Part shown: piece by piece, positions 35,676-45,378 of the stretch
How positions within the stretch are numbered: position 1 is the first letter of the stretch
Layout of the letters: each line of letters begins with the position of its first letter
Assembly (NCBI GenBank): GCA_963667175.2
Contig: CAXXXF010000013.1
Span: 64,001-128,000 of the forward strand
Direction: 5' to 3'
DNA from: Candidatus Latescibacterota bacterium
Lineage (GTDB): Bacteria > Latescibacterota > UBA2968 > GCA-2709665
Length of the DNA stretch: 64,000 nt
Made by a program: the position numbers and the translations under genes
The notes under the pieces: generated by a model
The model's database searches: none
Told to the model about the DNA's origin: nothing
Seen by the model: the letters and a program-made list of their open reading frames with translations, nothing else

Positions 35676-36064
35676 ACGAATACCTGATCGATACCCATAT
35701 CTACTCGCACGCCATGCGCGCAGACCCGGCGGTCGTGTCTCTGCTTCAGCGAGCTTCGAGAATCGCGATGAGTTCGATCAGTATCGGGGAACTGCTGTCG
35801 GGGTTCAAGGGCGGCGCCCGGGAGCGCGAAAACCGCGATGAACTGGCCGAATTTCTCGATACGCCGCGCGTGTCGATATGCCGCGTCAGCGAGGATACGG
35901 CTGAGTTCTACGCCGAGATTCTCAACCAGCTGAGGAGCGCCGGAACCCCGATCCCGACGAACGACATCTGGATCTCGGCGCAGGCCATGGAGCACGGTTT
36001 GCGACTGGTCTCAATGGATCGGCATTTTGCATCCGTGTCGGGACTGCTTTTGTTTTCACCTTAG
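35672..36064 (+). CDS. vapC: VapC PIN-domain toxin
   Basis: LIDTH, GEL, GTPIPTNDIWI and DRHF. Confidence 0.88.
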   Translation: MNEYLIDTHIYSHAMRADPAVVSLLQRASRIAMSSISIGELLSGFKGGARERENRDELAEFLDTPRVSICRVSEDTAEFYAEILNQLRSAGTPIPTNDIWISAQAMEHGLRLVSMDRHFASVSGLLLFSP

Positions 36065-36088
36065 CAGCCCGTTGAAAAAGTCCATCCG

Positions 36089-37186
36089 ATGTCATCCACC
36101 GGTTTCGAACGCATCCGATTCGCCCGCCTCAACGCCGAAATCATCGAGATCAATCCAACCGAGGCGGCGCTCTACGGGCATTACGGCATCGCGCCGGTTC
36201 TGGTGGACGCGTACGAGCCGGACGACATTATTGCGCGCGTGGCGGACTGCGACGCCATGGCCGTCGTCTCGGCCTCGCTTCCTGAGGTGGTCATCAAGAG
36301 CCTCGGCAGATGCGCGATCATCTCCCGGCTGGGCAATGGAACGGACAAGATCGACGTCGAGACCGCCACCGCCGAGGGCATCGTGGTCTCCAACGTCCCC
36401 TCCTTCTGCAACGAAGAGATGGCCGACCACGTGATGGCCTGCCTGCTCAGCCTCGCCCGGCAGATCCCGAAAATGTCGCGGCACTTTTACGCGGGCGCGT
36501 ATCAGCGGGCACGAGACGAAGGCCTGCGGCTTCATCGCGTATCGGGCATGGTCCTGGGGCTGATCGGTTTCGGCGCCTCCGCCAAAGCGGTTGTGGAGCG
36601 CGCGCGTCCCTTCGGCCTCGAAATCCAGGCCACGCGGAAGAACATGCGCGCGCCGAGGGACGAGGCAGATGCCCTGGGCGTACGTATGGTGGATCTGGAC
36701 GTGCTGCTGAAGACCTCGGATTTCGTGTCTCTGCACCTGCCGCTCGCGCCCGACACCTATCGCCTGCTGGACGCATCCAGGTTGAGAAAAACGAAACCGG
36801 GCGCCTTCTTCATCAACACCTGCCGCGGCGCCATCACGGACGAGGGCGCGCTCGCCGACCTGCTTCGGAGCGGCCATCTGGCCGGCGCCGCTCTGGACAC
36901 CTTCGACGATATCGAGATCTTCGGAGAGAACGAGTCTCCGCCGGTCCACGCGCTGACAAGGCTCGACAACGTCATGCTCACCCCGCACATCTCCGGTCTC
37001 TCCGTCCAGGCCACCCGGGAAGTGGCAATCACCGGCGTGGAGAACCTCGTCTCGGTGCTCAGCGGCCGCTGGCCCCATCCCGACAACGTCGTCAACACCG
37101 GTGTGCGCCCGCGGGTCCCGCTGGTGGAACACGATCCCTCGCTGTTCGATCATCGAAAGGACAAGGCGTTGCGCGACCGGAATTGA
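36089..37186 (+). CDS. D-isomer-specific 2-hydroxyacid dehydrogenase
   Basis: GLIGFG, SDFVSLHLPL, INTCRG and LTPH. Confidence 0.88.
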   Translation: MSSTGFERIRFARLNAEIIEINPTEAALYGHYGIAPVLVDAYEPDDIIARVADCDAMAVVSASLPEVVIKSLGRCAIISRLGNGTDKIDVETATAEGIVVSNVPSFCNEEMADHVMACLLSLARQIPKMSRHFYAGAYQRARDEGLRLHRVSGMVLGLIGFGASAKAVVERARPFGLEIQATRKNMRAPRDEADALGVRMVDLDVLLKTSDFVSLHLPLAPDTYRLLDASRLRKTKPGAFFINTCRGAITDEGALADLLRSGHLAGAALDTFDDIEIFGENESPPVHALTRLDNVMLTPHISGLSVQATREVAITGVENLVSVLSGRWPHPDNVVNTGVRPRVPLVEHDPSLFDHRKDKALRDRN

Positions 37187-37288
37187 CCGGTCCGGAATCC
37201 GGACCTCAATACCCGCCGCAAGGGAATATCCGGCGCCGCATTGTTCATCGTCGCTGCGTCAGACGAAAAACTTCAGGAGATCGATAGC

Positions 37289-37654
37289 ATGACTGAAAAC
37301 GCGAGTCCCGAACCCTTCTATTCCATGGCCCGGCGCGCCGGCGATATGCTCTTCCTCTCAGGTTTCGGCCCGGTCGAAGGCGGTGAGGTCGTCGGCGGCA
37401 ATATCGAGGAACAGACCGTCTTTACCATGGACAACATGGCGCGCGTGCTGGAAAGCGAAGACGCATCCTTCGACGACGTCGTCCGCGTCAACGTCTTCCT
37501 CCTGGACATGGCGGACCGCGACGAATTCAACCGCACGTATATGCGGTATTTCAACAACAAGGACCGGATGCCCACCCGGCGTCTGGTCGGCGCGGGCGAC
37601 ATGTATAAGGGCATCCTCGTGGAAATCGACGCCGTCGCGTACCTCGGTAAATAG
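37289..37654 (+). CDS. RidA/YjgF family protein
   Basis: YS.A...GD.LFLSG, DDVVRVNVFL, FN..Y..YF and LVEID. Confidence 0.88.
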   Translation: MTENASPEPFYSMARRAGDMLFLSGFGPVEGGEVVGGNIEEQTVFTMDNMARVLESEDASFDDVVRVNVFLLDMADRDEFNRTYMRYFNNKDRMPTRRLVGAGDMYKGILVEIDAVAYLGK

Positions 37655-37713
37655 CGAGTCCCCGGACAATCCTGAACCGCAGGCGCTTCCAGACGCAAGA
37701 CCGGAGATCCACC

Positions 37714-38526
37714 ATGTCGCATCCCATCTTCGACCTCACCGACCGCGTCGCCCTCGTAACGGGCGCGGCCGCCGGCATGGGCAAGGCGATGGCGATCGGA
37801 TTCGCGGAATCCGGCGCGGATCTCATGCTGGCCGACGTCAACGAACCCGGGGCGCAGGAAACCGCCCACGAGATCGAATCGCTGGGCCGGCGCGTCATTC
37901 CCGTGCGGTGCGACGTTTCCGACGTCGACCAGGTCCGCGGCATGTTCTCCCGGCTGGACACCGAATTCGGCCGCATCCACGTCCTGGGCAACGTCGCCGG
38001 CGCCACCATGCTGGGCAAACCGGAGGACCTCACCCTGGATCAGCTTCAGGAGAGCATGCAGTCTCTCGTCATCGCGCGTTTCTGCAGTTGTCAGGAGGGG
38101 GGCAGACGGATGCTCGCCGCCGGCAAGGGCAGCATTATCAACATCGGCTCTCTGGCGAGCCTGACCGCGATCGGGCGGGGACACGTCGCCTACAGCATCG
38201 GAATGGGCGCCGTCGCGCAGATGACCCGGGAACTCAGCACGGAATGGAGCAGCCGCGGCGTGCGCGTGAACGCCATATTGCCCGCCCAGGTCATGAACCC
38301 GTTCCTGGAAAAACGCCTGCGCGCCGAACCCCGGATGGCCGATACGTGGCTGGGCGGGATTCCGTCCGGCCGGTTCGGCGAGCCGGAGGATATCGTGGGC
38401 GTTTCCATCTTCCTGGCATCCGACGCGTCGGCGTGGGTCACCGGCGTGATGTTGCCCATGGACGGCGGAAACCTCGCGATGAACGCGGGAGGAACCTATC
38501 CCGGCGGCCCGATCGTCAGCGGATAG
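37714..38526 (+). CDS. SDR family oxidoreductase
   Basis: VTGAAAGMG, GSIINIGS and GVRVNAILP. The catalytic motif reads YSIGM rather than YxxxK. Confidence 0.85.
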   Translation: MSHPIFDLTDRVALVTGAAAGMGKAMAIGFAESGADLMLADVNEPGAQETAHEIESLGRRVIPVRCDVSDVDQVRGMFSRLDTEFGRIHVLGNVAGATMLGKPEDLTLDQLQESMQSLVIARFCSCQEGGRRMLAAGKGSIINIGSLASLTAIGRGHVAYSIGMGAVAQMTRELSTEWSSRGVRVNAILPAQVMNPFLEKRLRAEPRMADTWLGGIPSGRFGEPEDIVGVSIFLASDASAWVTGVMLPMDGGNLAMNAGGTYPGGPIVSG

Positions 38527-38571
38527 AGGAGTTCCATCCCCGTCACCCCATCTACAAGGCAGGGGACCTTC

Positions 38572-39561
38572 ATGCCAGGCGACCTCAGTACCGAGCAACT
38601 CCTTTCTCTTCACCGGCAGATGCTCACGATCCGGCGCACCGAGGAGCAGATTGCCAGGTCGTACCAGGCCGGATTCATCCCGGGCGCCTGCCACACGTAC
38701 GTGGGCCAGGAGGCCATCGCGGCGGGCGTGTGCGCCCACCTGCGCACTGAGGACACGATCTTCAGCACCCATCGGGGCCACGGCCACGCGCTCGCCAAGG
38801 GTGTTCCCATACGCGAACTTATCGCCGAACTCTACGGCAAGTCCACGGGATGCGCCCGCGGGCGGGGCGGCAGCATGCACCTGTTCTCGCCGGAAATCGG
38901 GCTGATGGGTACCAGCGGCATCGTGGGCCCCAGCATCCTTCAGGCCGCCGGGGCAGCGTATACGTTCAAGATGCTCGAAACCGATCGCGTCAGCGCGGCC
39001 TTCTTCGGCGACGGCGGCGTCAACAACGGCGCCTTTCACGAAGGCCTGAACATGGCCGCCATCTGGCAGTTGCCCGTCATCTTCGTCCTGGAAGACAACC
39101 GGTACGCCACTGAAGTCGCCTTCGAGTACGCCACCCGCAATACGAACATCGCCGAGCGCGCGGACAGCTACGGCGTCGCCGGCGTTCAGGTTGACGGAAA
39201 CGACGTCCTCGACGTCTCTGAAAAAGCCGGCGACGCCGTCCTTCGCGCACGGGAAGGCGGCGGCCCTACGCTGCTGGACTGCAAGACCTATCGCACCCGA
39301 CCCCACGCGGAGGGGATGCGGGATACCGGTTACCGCACGCGGGACGAAGTGGACGCCTGGAGAGAGAGAGACCCGATCGCGTTGCTGGAAGGAAAACTGA
39401 TGGAGGAAGAAATCGCCGACCGGGATGCGCTCGAAGGGATCGAAAGCGAGGTCCGATCGGCCGTCGAAGAGGGCGTCGCGTTCGCCGGGAAGAGCCCGTG
39501 GCCGGACCCCGCCACGGTAACGGACCACGTCTTCGGTGGAACGGGAGCGAACCATGCGTGA
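38572..39561 (+). CDS. Pyruvate/acetoin-type 2-oxoacid dehydrogenase E1 alpha
   Basis: GQEA, STHRGHGH, GRGGSMH and the TPP motif FFGDG...N. Confidence 0.92.
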   Translation: MPGDLSTEQLLSLHRQMLTIRRTEEQIARSYQAGFIPGACHTYVGQEAIAAGVCAHLRTEDTIFSTHRGHGHALAKGVPIRELIAELYGKSTGCARGRGGSMHLFSPEIGLMGTSGIVGPSILQAAGAAYTFKMLETDRVSAAFFGDGGVNNGAFHEGLNMAAIWQLPVIFVLEDNRYATEVAFEYATRNTNIAERADSYGVAGVQVDGNDVLDVSEKAGDAVLRAREGGGPTLLDCKTYRTRPHAEGMRDTGYRTRDEVDAWRERDPIALLEGKLMEEEIADRDALEGIESEVRSAVEEGVAFAGKSPWPDPATVTDHVFGGTGANHA

Positions 39562-40531
39562 GATCACGTTCACCGAAGCCGCGCGCGAAGCCCTGTCCGA
39601 TGCCATGGCTGCGGACCCGACCATCTTCGTCGTGGGCGAAGGCGTGGGCGAACGCGGCGGCAACTTCAACACCACCACCGGACTTTACGAACGCTACGGA
39701 CCCATGCGAGTGTGCGATACCCCGATTTGCGAGCGGGGCTTTATCGGGCTCTGCACGGGCGCAGCCATGGCCGGCGCGCGGCCCGTGGTGGATTTCATGT
39801 TCATCGACTTCATTCTGGACGGCTTCGGCGAGATGGTCAACCAGGTTGCCAAGATGCAGTACATGAGCAGCGGCCGACTGTCCATGCCCGTTGTCCTGCG
39901 GGGTTGCGTGGGGATCGGAGGCGCCGCCGCCACCCACCACTCGGGAAATTACTATCCCGTTTTCGCGCACCTGCCGGGCTTCCGCGTGGCCCTGCCCGCC
40001 ACGCCGTACGACGCCAGGGGCCTGTTCAAGACCGCCCTGGAAGGCGATGATCCCGTTCTCTTCCTCGAGCACAAGTCCATCCTCAACCATCGGGGTCCGG
40101 TGCCCGAAACGCCGTACGCCATTCCCTTCGGACGGGCCGAGGTGCGGCGCGAGGGCAGGGACCTCACCGTTATCGCGCTCGCCAACATGGTTCCGGTGAC
40201 GCGGGAGCTCTGCGACCCGCTCGCCGCCGAGGGCATCTCGATTGAATTGATCGACCCGCGCACCGTGGCGCCGCTGGATATGGATACCATCCTGGAATCC
40301 GTACACAAGACGGGTCGTCTGCTCATCGTGGACGAAGCCTTCGGCCCATGCGGCATCGGCGCCGAAATCGCCGCTCAGGTTCAAAGCCTGGCGTTCGACG
40401 ATCTGGACGCGCCGGTAAGCCGCCTCAACGGCGCGCACGTTCCCACGCCGTACAGCGCCCCGCTCGAGGCTGCCTGCCTGCCGCAGCCGGATACCATTTC
40501 CCAGGCCATCCGCGACCTGATGGAAGAATAG
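39554..40531 (+). CDS. 2-oxoacid dehydrogenase E1 beta
   Basis: DTPICE.GF.G, RPVVDFMF, DPVLFLEHK and ELIDPRT..PLD. Confidence 0.92.
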   Translation: MREITFTEAAREALSDAMAADPTIFVVGEGVGERGGNFNTTTGLYERYGPMRVCDTPICERGFIGLCTGAAMAGARPVVDFMFIDFILDGFGEMVNQVAKMQYMSSGRLSMPVVLRGCVGIGGAAATHHSGNYYPVFAHLPGFRVALPATPYDARGLFKTALEGDDPVLFLEHKSILNHRGPVPETPYAIPFGRAEVRREGRDLTVIALANMVPVTRELCDPLAAEGISIELIDPRTVAPLDMDTILESVHKTGRLLIVDEAFGPCGIGAEIAAQVQSLAFDDLDAPVSRLNGAHVPTPYSAPLEAACLPQPDTISQAIRDLMEE

Positions 40532-40691
40532 CAGCCCGTTGATAGAGTCCATCCGGGCTGCGTCCGGCCCTTGCGGTCGAAAACCTGCGTTGCGCTCCCT
40601 CGCCGAATCGCAGGATGGGACTCGGTCGCGCGCCTTGTCTTCGGCCACAATGGCTCGGCCTCGCCTGCAGAGCGACTCTATCAACGGACTG
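40532..40691. mobile_element. MITE-like element with 18-bp terminal inverted repeats
   Basis: CAGCCCGTTGATAGAGTC ... GACTCTATCAACGGACTG (17/18 match), flanked by TAG and ATAG. A lone matching left end lies at 36065-36088. Confidence 0.7.
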
Positions 40692-40723
40692 ATAGTCGCG
40701 GGCACTTCACGAGGATGACCTCC

Positions 40724-41884
40724 ATGCCCACAGAAATCGTCATGCCCCGCCTGGGATGGACCATGGAGGAAGGCGTTCTGGTCGAATGGCTCAAGCAGAG
40801 CGGGGATCAGGTCGAGGCCGGAGACGTCATCTTCACCGTTGAAAGCGACAAGGCGATAAACGAAATCGAGTCCTTCGACAGCGGGACCCTGTATATACCG
40901 CCCGATGCGCCTCAACCCGGAGACACGTTGCCGATCGGCGCGGTGCTGGGCTTCCTGCTGGGGCCGGGCGAACAACCTCCCGCCGCGACGCCCGCCCCGC
41001 CGGCGGCTGAGAAGGAAACGGAACCAGAGCCGCAACGGGCGACTTCTTCCAGACCGCGCACAGATCGACCGCAGGGAAGAAAGAGCCGGTCCGCGATCAG
41101 TCCGAGGGCGCTTCGCCTGGCAGAGGAACTGGGTGTCGACTGGAACACGCTCCAGGGCAGCGGTCGAAGCGGCCGTATCGTCGAGCGCGACGTCCGGGCC
41201 GCGGTCCCTGCGCCGTCCGGAATAGGTACCGAAGGCGCCGTGCGACGGACCATCGCGCGGCGGCTGACCGAGAGTCACACCGGAACGGCGCCCGTGACGC
41301 TTTCCACCGAAGCCGATGCGACGGACTTCGTTTCATTGCGCGCGGAACTCGACGTCCCCCTGCTGACGTACAACGATCTCTTCGTAAAAGTGACCGCCCT
41401 CGCGCTCGCCGACCATCCCGACCTGAACGCCTCCTGGCAGGACGGGTCCGTCTGCAGGCATGAGGAGATACACATCGGCATTGCCGTGGATACACACGCC
41501 GGCCTACTGGTTCCCGTCATCACGCACGCCGGCGCCAGAGACCTGCCCGATCTCGCCCGCGAGACCTCGGACCTCGTTCAGAAAGCCAGGCAGGGTGACC
41601 TGGGCCCGGAACATCTGCAGGGCGGTACGTTCACGGTTACGAACCTGGGCGCGTACGGAATCGACGTCTTTACGCCCATCATCAACCTGCCGCAGTGCGC
41701 CATTCTGGGGGTGGGCCGGATTGCCGCGAAACCGGCCGTGTACCAGGGCCGGGTCGTGCCCCGGGACATGGTCGCCCTGAGCCTCACCTTCGACCACCGC
41801 GTCGTGGACGGAGGTCCGGCCGCCCGGTTCCTGGACACGGTCCGACGCCACGTCGAACGCCCCGAACTCTGGCATGCTCGCTGA
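40724..41884 (+). CDS. Dihydrolipoamide acyltransferase E2
   Basis: Lipoyl motif VESDKA, E3-binding GSGRSGRI, GGTFTVTNLG and catalytic FDHRVVDG. Confidence 0.92.
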   Translation: MPTEIVMPRLGWTMEEGVLVEWLKQSGDQVEAGDVIFTVESDKAINEIESFDSGTLYIPPDAPQPGDTLPIGAVLGFLLGPGEQPPAATPAPPAAEKETEPEPQRATSSRPRTDRPQGRKSRSAISPRALRLAEELGVDWNTLQGSGRSGRIVERDVRAAVPAPSGIGTEGAVRRTIARRLTESHTGTAPVTLSTEADATDFVSLRAELDVPLLTYNDLFVKVTALALADHPDLNASWQDGSVCRHEEIHIGIAVDTHAGLLVPVITHAGARDLPDLARETSDLVQKARQGDLGPEHLQGGTFTVTNLGAYGIDVFTPIINLPQCAILGVGRIAAKPAVYQGRVVPRDMVALSLTFDHRVVDGGPAARFLDTVRRHVERPELWHAR

Positions 41885-42091
41885 AGGCGATCAGAGGCGT
41901 TCCCGCGGGCCTGACCGGTTCGGCGAGATCGCGCCGGCCGGCAGTGCGAAAGGCTTCCACCGCAGGGGCTGTACGCTTCGCAACCGGTACGTATTACGGG
42001 GAGCACCCTATTGTTTACATCCTCCCACTCTTCTTTGGTTGGATCCGGATGTCGACTATTTGCTGCTCCTGAAACTAAATGGAAGCTGACA

Positions 42092-42852
<761 letters not shown>

Positions 42853-42904
42853 ACTGCTCTTCCTGACCACTGACCACTGTCCACTATTTACTGCTCCTGG
42901 TAAT

Positions 42905-43357
42905 ATGCAACCTCTCAACTTTCCACGTCAGTACGAATTTGACATTCGCGCCAACGGCGGGAGACAGACGATTTTCGATCCGCTTCGCCGGAAGCACGTG
43001 CGACTCACGCCGGAAGAGTGGGTGCGCCAGAACCTCGTGCAGTACCTCGTTCAAGACATGGGATTTCCACCGGGCCGCACCGCCGTCGAATCGGGCTTTT
43101 CACATAAGGGCGTCCGGCACCGCGCCGACGTGATCGTCCACAACGGCAGGGGAGAACCCGTTCTCATGGCTGAATGCAAGGCGCCCGACGTGAAAATCAA
43201 ACAGGAAGCGTTCGATCAGATCGCCCGCTACAACACCACTGTGGGATCGGACTATCTGGTGGTGACCAACGGAGTCACGCACTACTGCTACGCCCTTGAC
43301 CGCAAGGAACGCAGCTACCGGTTCCTGCGCAGTCTGCCAAGATATGAGGATCTGTAA
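42905..43357 (+). CDS. HsdR N-terminal-like (PD-(D/E)XK) domain protein
   Basis: TPEEWVRQ, RADVIV, ECKAP, FDQIARYN and VTNG. Confidence 0.85.
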   Translation: MQPLNFPRQYEFDIRANGGRQTIFDPLRRKHVRLTPEEWVRQNLVQYLVQDMGFPPGRTAVESGFSHKGVRHRADVIVHNGRGEPVLMAECKAPDVKIKQEAFDQIARYNTTVGSDYLVVTNGVTHYCYALDRKERSYRFLRSLPRYEDL

Positions 43358-43396
43358 CCTTTTTCGAATCCACATCCCGGGAGGATTGGAAGCACG

Positions 43397-44407
43397 ATGG
43401 AAATGCGCCGCATCCCCTTCGAAATGATGGTTGCGGAATTACGCCGCGTCCTGCTCAATACCGGCTTCGCCAACAGCCGCGCGGATCGCCTGGCGAGGAT
43501 TTTCGCCGAAACCACGCGCGACGGCGTCTATTCCCACGGGGTCAACCGGTTCCTGCCGTTTATCAGGCACGCCCGTTCAGGCGAAGGCATGGACCTCCGC
43601 GCCGAGCCCGAAAGAGCGGGCGCGTTCGGCGTACTGGAGCAGTGGGACGGAAAGCTGGGCCCCGGTATCCTCAATGCGTGCACGTGCATGGACCGCGCCG
43701 TCGAAGTCGCTGAAGAACAGGGCATGGGCTGTGTGGCCCTCAGAAACACCAACCACTGGATGCGGGCGGGTACGTATGGATTAAGGGCCGCGGACGCCGG
43801 GTGCATCGGCATCTGCTGGACGAATACCACCCAGCTGATCCCGCCGTTCGGTTCCGCCGATCGGAAGGTGGGAAACAATCCCCTGGTTTTTTCCATCCCC
43901 CGGCCGGGAGGGCGGCATTTCCTGCTGGACATGGCGTTGAGCCAGTACTCCCACGGCAAGCTCGACGTGTACCGCGTTGCCAACCGGCGCCTCCCCGTCC
44001 CCGGCGGCTACGACGACAGGGGAGAGCTTTCGTTCGACGCCGGCGCCATTCAGGCCGCACGCCGTCCGCTTCCTATCGGTCACTGGAAGGGCATCGGACT
44101 CGCGATGTCGCTGGACCTGGTTGCCTCACTGCTTTCTGGGGGCCGTTCGACCTTTCAAATCGCGCAGGAGGAATCCGAATACGGTGTCTCCCAGGTCTTC
44201 ATGGCCATCCACGCCGGCGCTGTCGCGGGTGACCGGATGCGGGAAATCGTGGACCGGACGCTCGCGGATTTTCACGCCGCCGAGCCCCTCGAAGGCAACG
44301 AACCGGCGACCTATCCAGGCGAGCGGATGTTCAGGACCCGGGAGGAGAATCTGAAGTTGGGGATCCCCGTTGCGGATGATTGCTGGCGGGAAATTTTGGC
44401 GTTATAG
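43397..44407 (+). CDS. yiaK: 3-dehydro-L-gulonate 2-dehydrogenase (Ldh_2 family)
   Basis: DGVYSHGVNRF, LRNTNHWMR.GTYG, ICWTNT, GNNP and PIGHWKG.GL. Confidence 0.85.
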   Translation: MEMRRIPFEMMVAELRRVLLNTGFANSRADRLARIFAETTRDGVYSHGVNRFLPFIRHARSGEGMDLRAEPERAGAFGVLEQWDGKLGPGILNACTCMDRAVEVAEEQGMGCVALRNTNHWMRAGTYGLRAADAGCIGICWTNTTQLIPPFGSADRKVGNNPLVFSIPRPGGRHFLLDMALSQYSHGKLDVYRVANRRLPVPGGYDDRGELSFDAGAIQAARRPLPIGHWKGIGLAMSLDLVASLLSGGRSTFQIAQEESEYGVSQVFMAIHAGAVAGDRMREIVDRTLADFHAAEPLEGNEPATYPGERMFRTREENLKLGIPVADDCWREILAL

Positions 44408-44419
44408 AGGCGCGGCGAT

Positions 44420-44448
44420 TTGACTTGAGAAGCCGGGAAGGATATATT
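44420..44448 (+). promoter_or_regulatory. Putative sigma70 promoter
   Basis: TTGACT-N17-TATATT upstream of the 44535 ORF. Confidence 0.5.
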
Positions 44449-44534
44449 TGAAATCGAGACGGCGCATCTCTAACGAAAGGTCATTCACTTAGAATCCACT
44501 TCATTCAACAGATCTCCATTCGCCGAAGAACTGC

Positions 44535-45356
44535 ATGAATACGATTCATACCATAGAAGACCTGATACAACTGCTGGACGAAAAGCCCGAATGGGCCGAC
44601 GCCATGCGCGCTCGGCTGCTAACGCGTGAACTGATCGAACTGCCTGAAAAGTTCACGAAATTCGTCGCCGAATTAGACAGATTCGTCGAAGTCGCGAACA
44701 GACGATTCGATGCCCTGGAAGAGCGGATAGACAAGCTGTTCACGCAGACAGACAAGCGGTTCACTCAAATAGACAATCGGTTCACGCAGATAGACAATCG
44801 GTTCACGCAGATAGACAATCGGTTCACGCAGATAGACAATCGGTTCACGCAGATAGACAATCGGTTCACGCAGATAGACAATCGGTTCACGCAGATAGAC
44901 AATCGGTTCAACAGACTTGAAGCTGACGTGGGGCAGATCAAAGGCATTCTCGCCAGAAATGCCGCCCTAGAAGATGCCGCTCTCATTGCCAGAGAGATGG
45001 ATTTGCGGCGATTGAAGACACTCTCTCAGGAAGATCTTTGGGACCTCGTCGACGCCGCCGATACATCGGATATTCCCCCAAGCGATCTCAGGAGTTTCCG
45101 AAGGGCGGATCTGGTTATGGAAGCCATAGACCCTGCGGAAGAGACCTGCTACGTCGCCGTGGAAATTTCATTCACGGTCAACGGCAGGGACACCGCCAGG
45201 GCCATTCGCAACGCCGGATTCCTGACGCGGTTTACGCAGCGACGCGCTCACGCGGCAGTCGCCGGCTTATATCGAGACCATCGCATTCGGGACATCATTG
45301 AATCCGGGGACGTGTTCTGGCATGAAATGGATCCCGGCATTCTGGAATCAGAGTGA
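44535..45356 (+). CDS. Coiled-coil heptad-repeat protein with a possible C-terminal PD-(D/E)XK-like domain
   Basis: (FTQIDNR)x7; C-terminal ADLVM...VAVEIS...D..RA. Confidence 0.7.
   Translation: MNTIHTIEDLIQLLDEKPEWADAMRARLLTRELIELPEKFTKFVAELDRFVEVANRRFDALEERIDKLFTQTDKRFTQIDNRFTQIDNRFTQIDNRFTQIDNRFTQIDNRFTQIDNRFTQIDNRFNRLEADVGQIKGILARNAALEDAALIAREMDLRRLKTLSQEDLWDLVDAADTSDIPPSDLRSFRRADLVMEAIDPAEETCYVAVEISFTVNGRDTARAIRNAGFLTRFTQRRAHAAVAGLYRDHRIRDIIESGDVFWHEMDPGILESE
44739..44906 (+). repeat. 21-bp coding tandem repeat, about 8 units
   Basis: TTCACGCAGATAGACAATCGG units, most identical. Confidence 0.95.
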
Positions 45357-45378
45357 TCATCGCGTCACCCGCAGCGGT

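Noticed and set aside
37318-41278. Long minus-strand ORFs (786 aa and 670 aa)
   Set aside because: Antisense shadows of the RidA/SDR/E1/E2 genes in GC-rich DNA, with no motifs.
44739-44906. Tandem repeat as a possible CRISPR array
   Set aside because: No spacers; it is an in-frame coding repeat.
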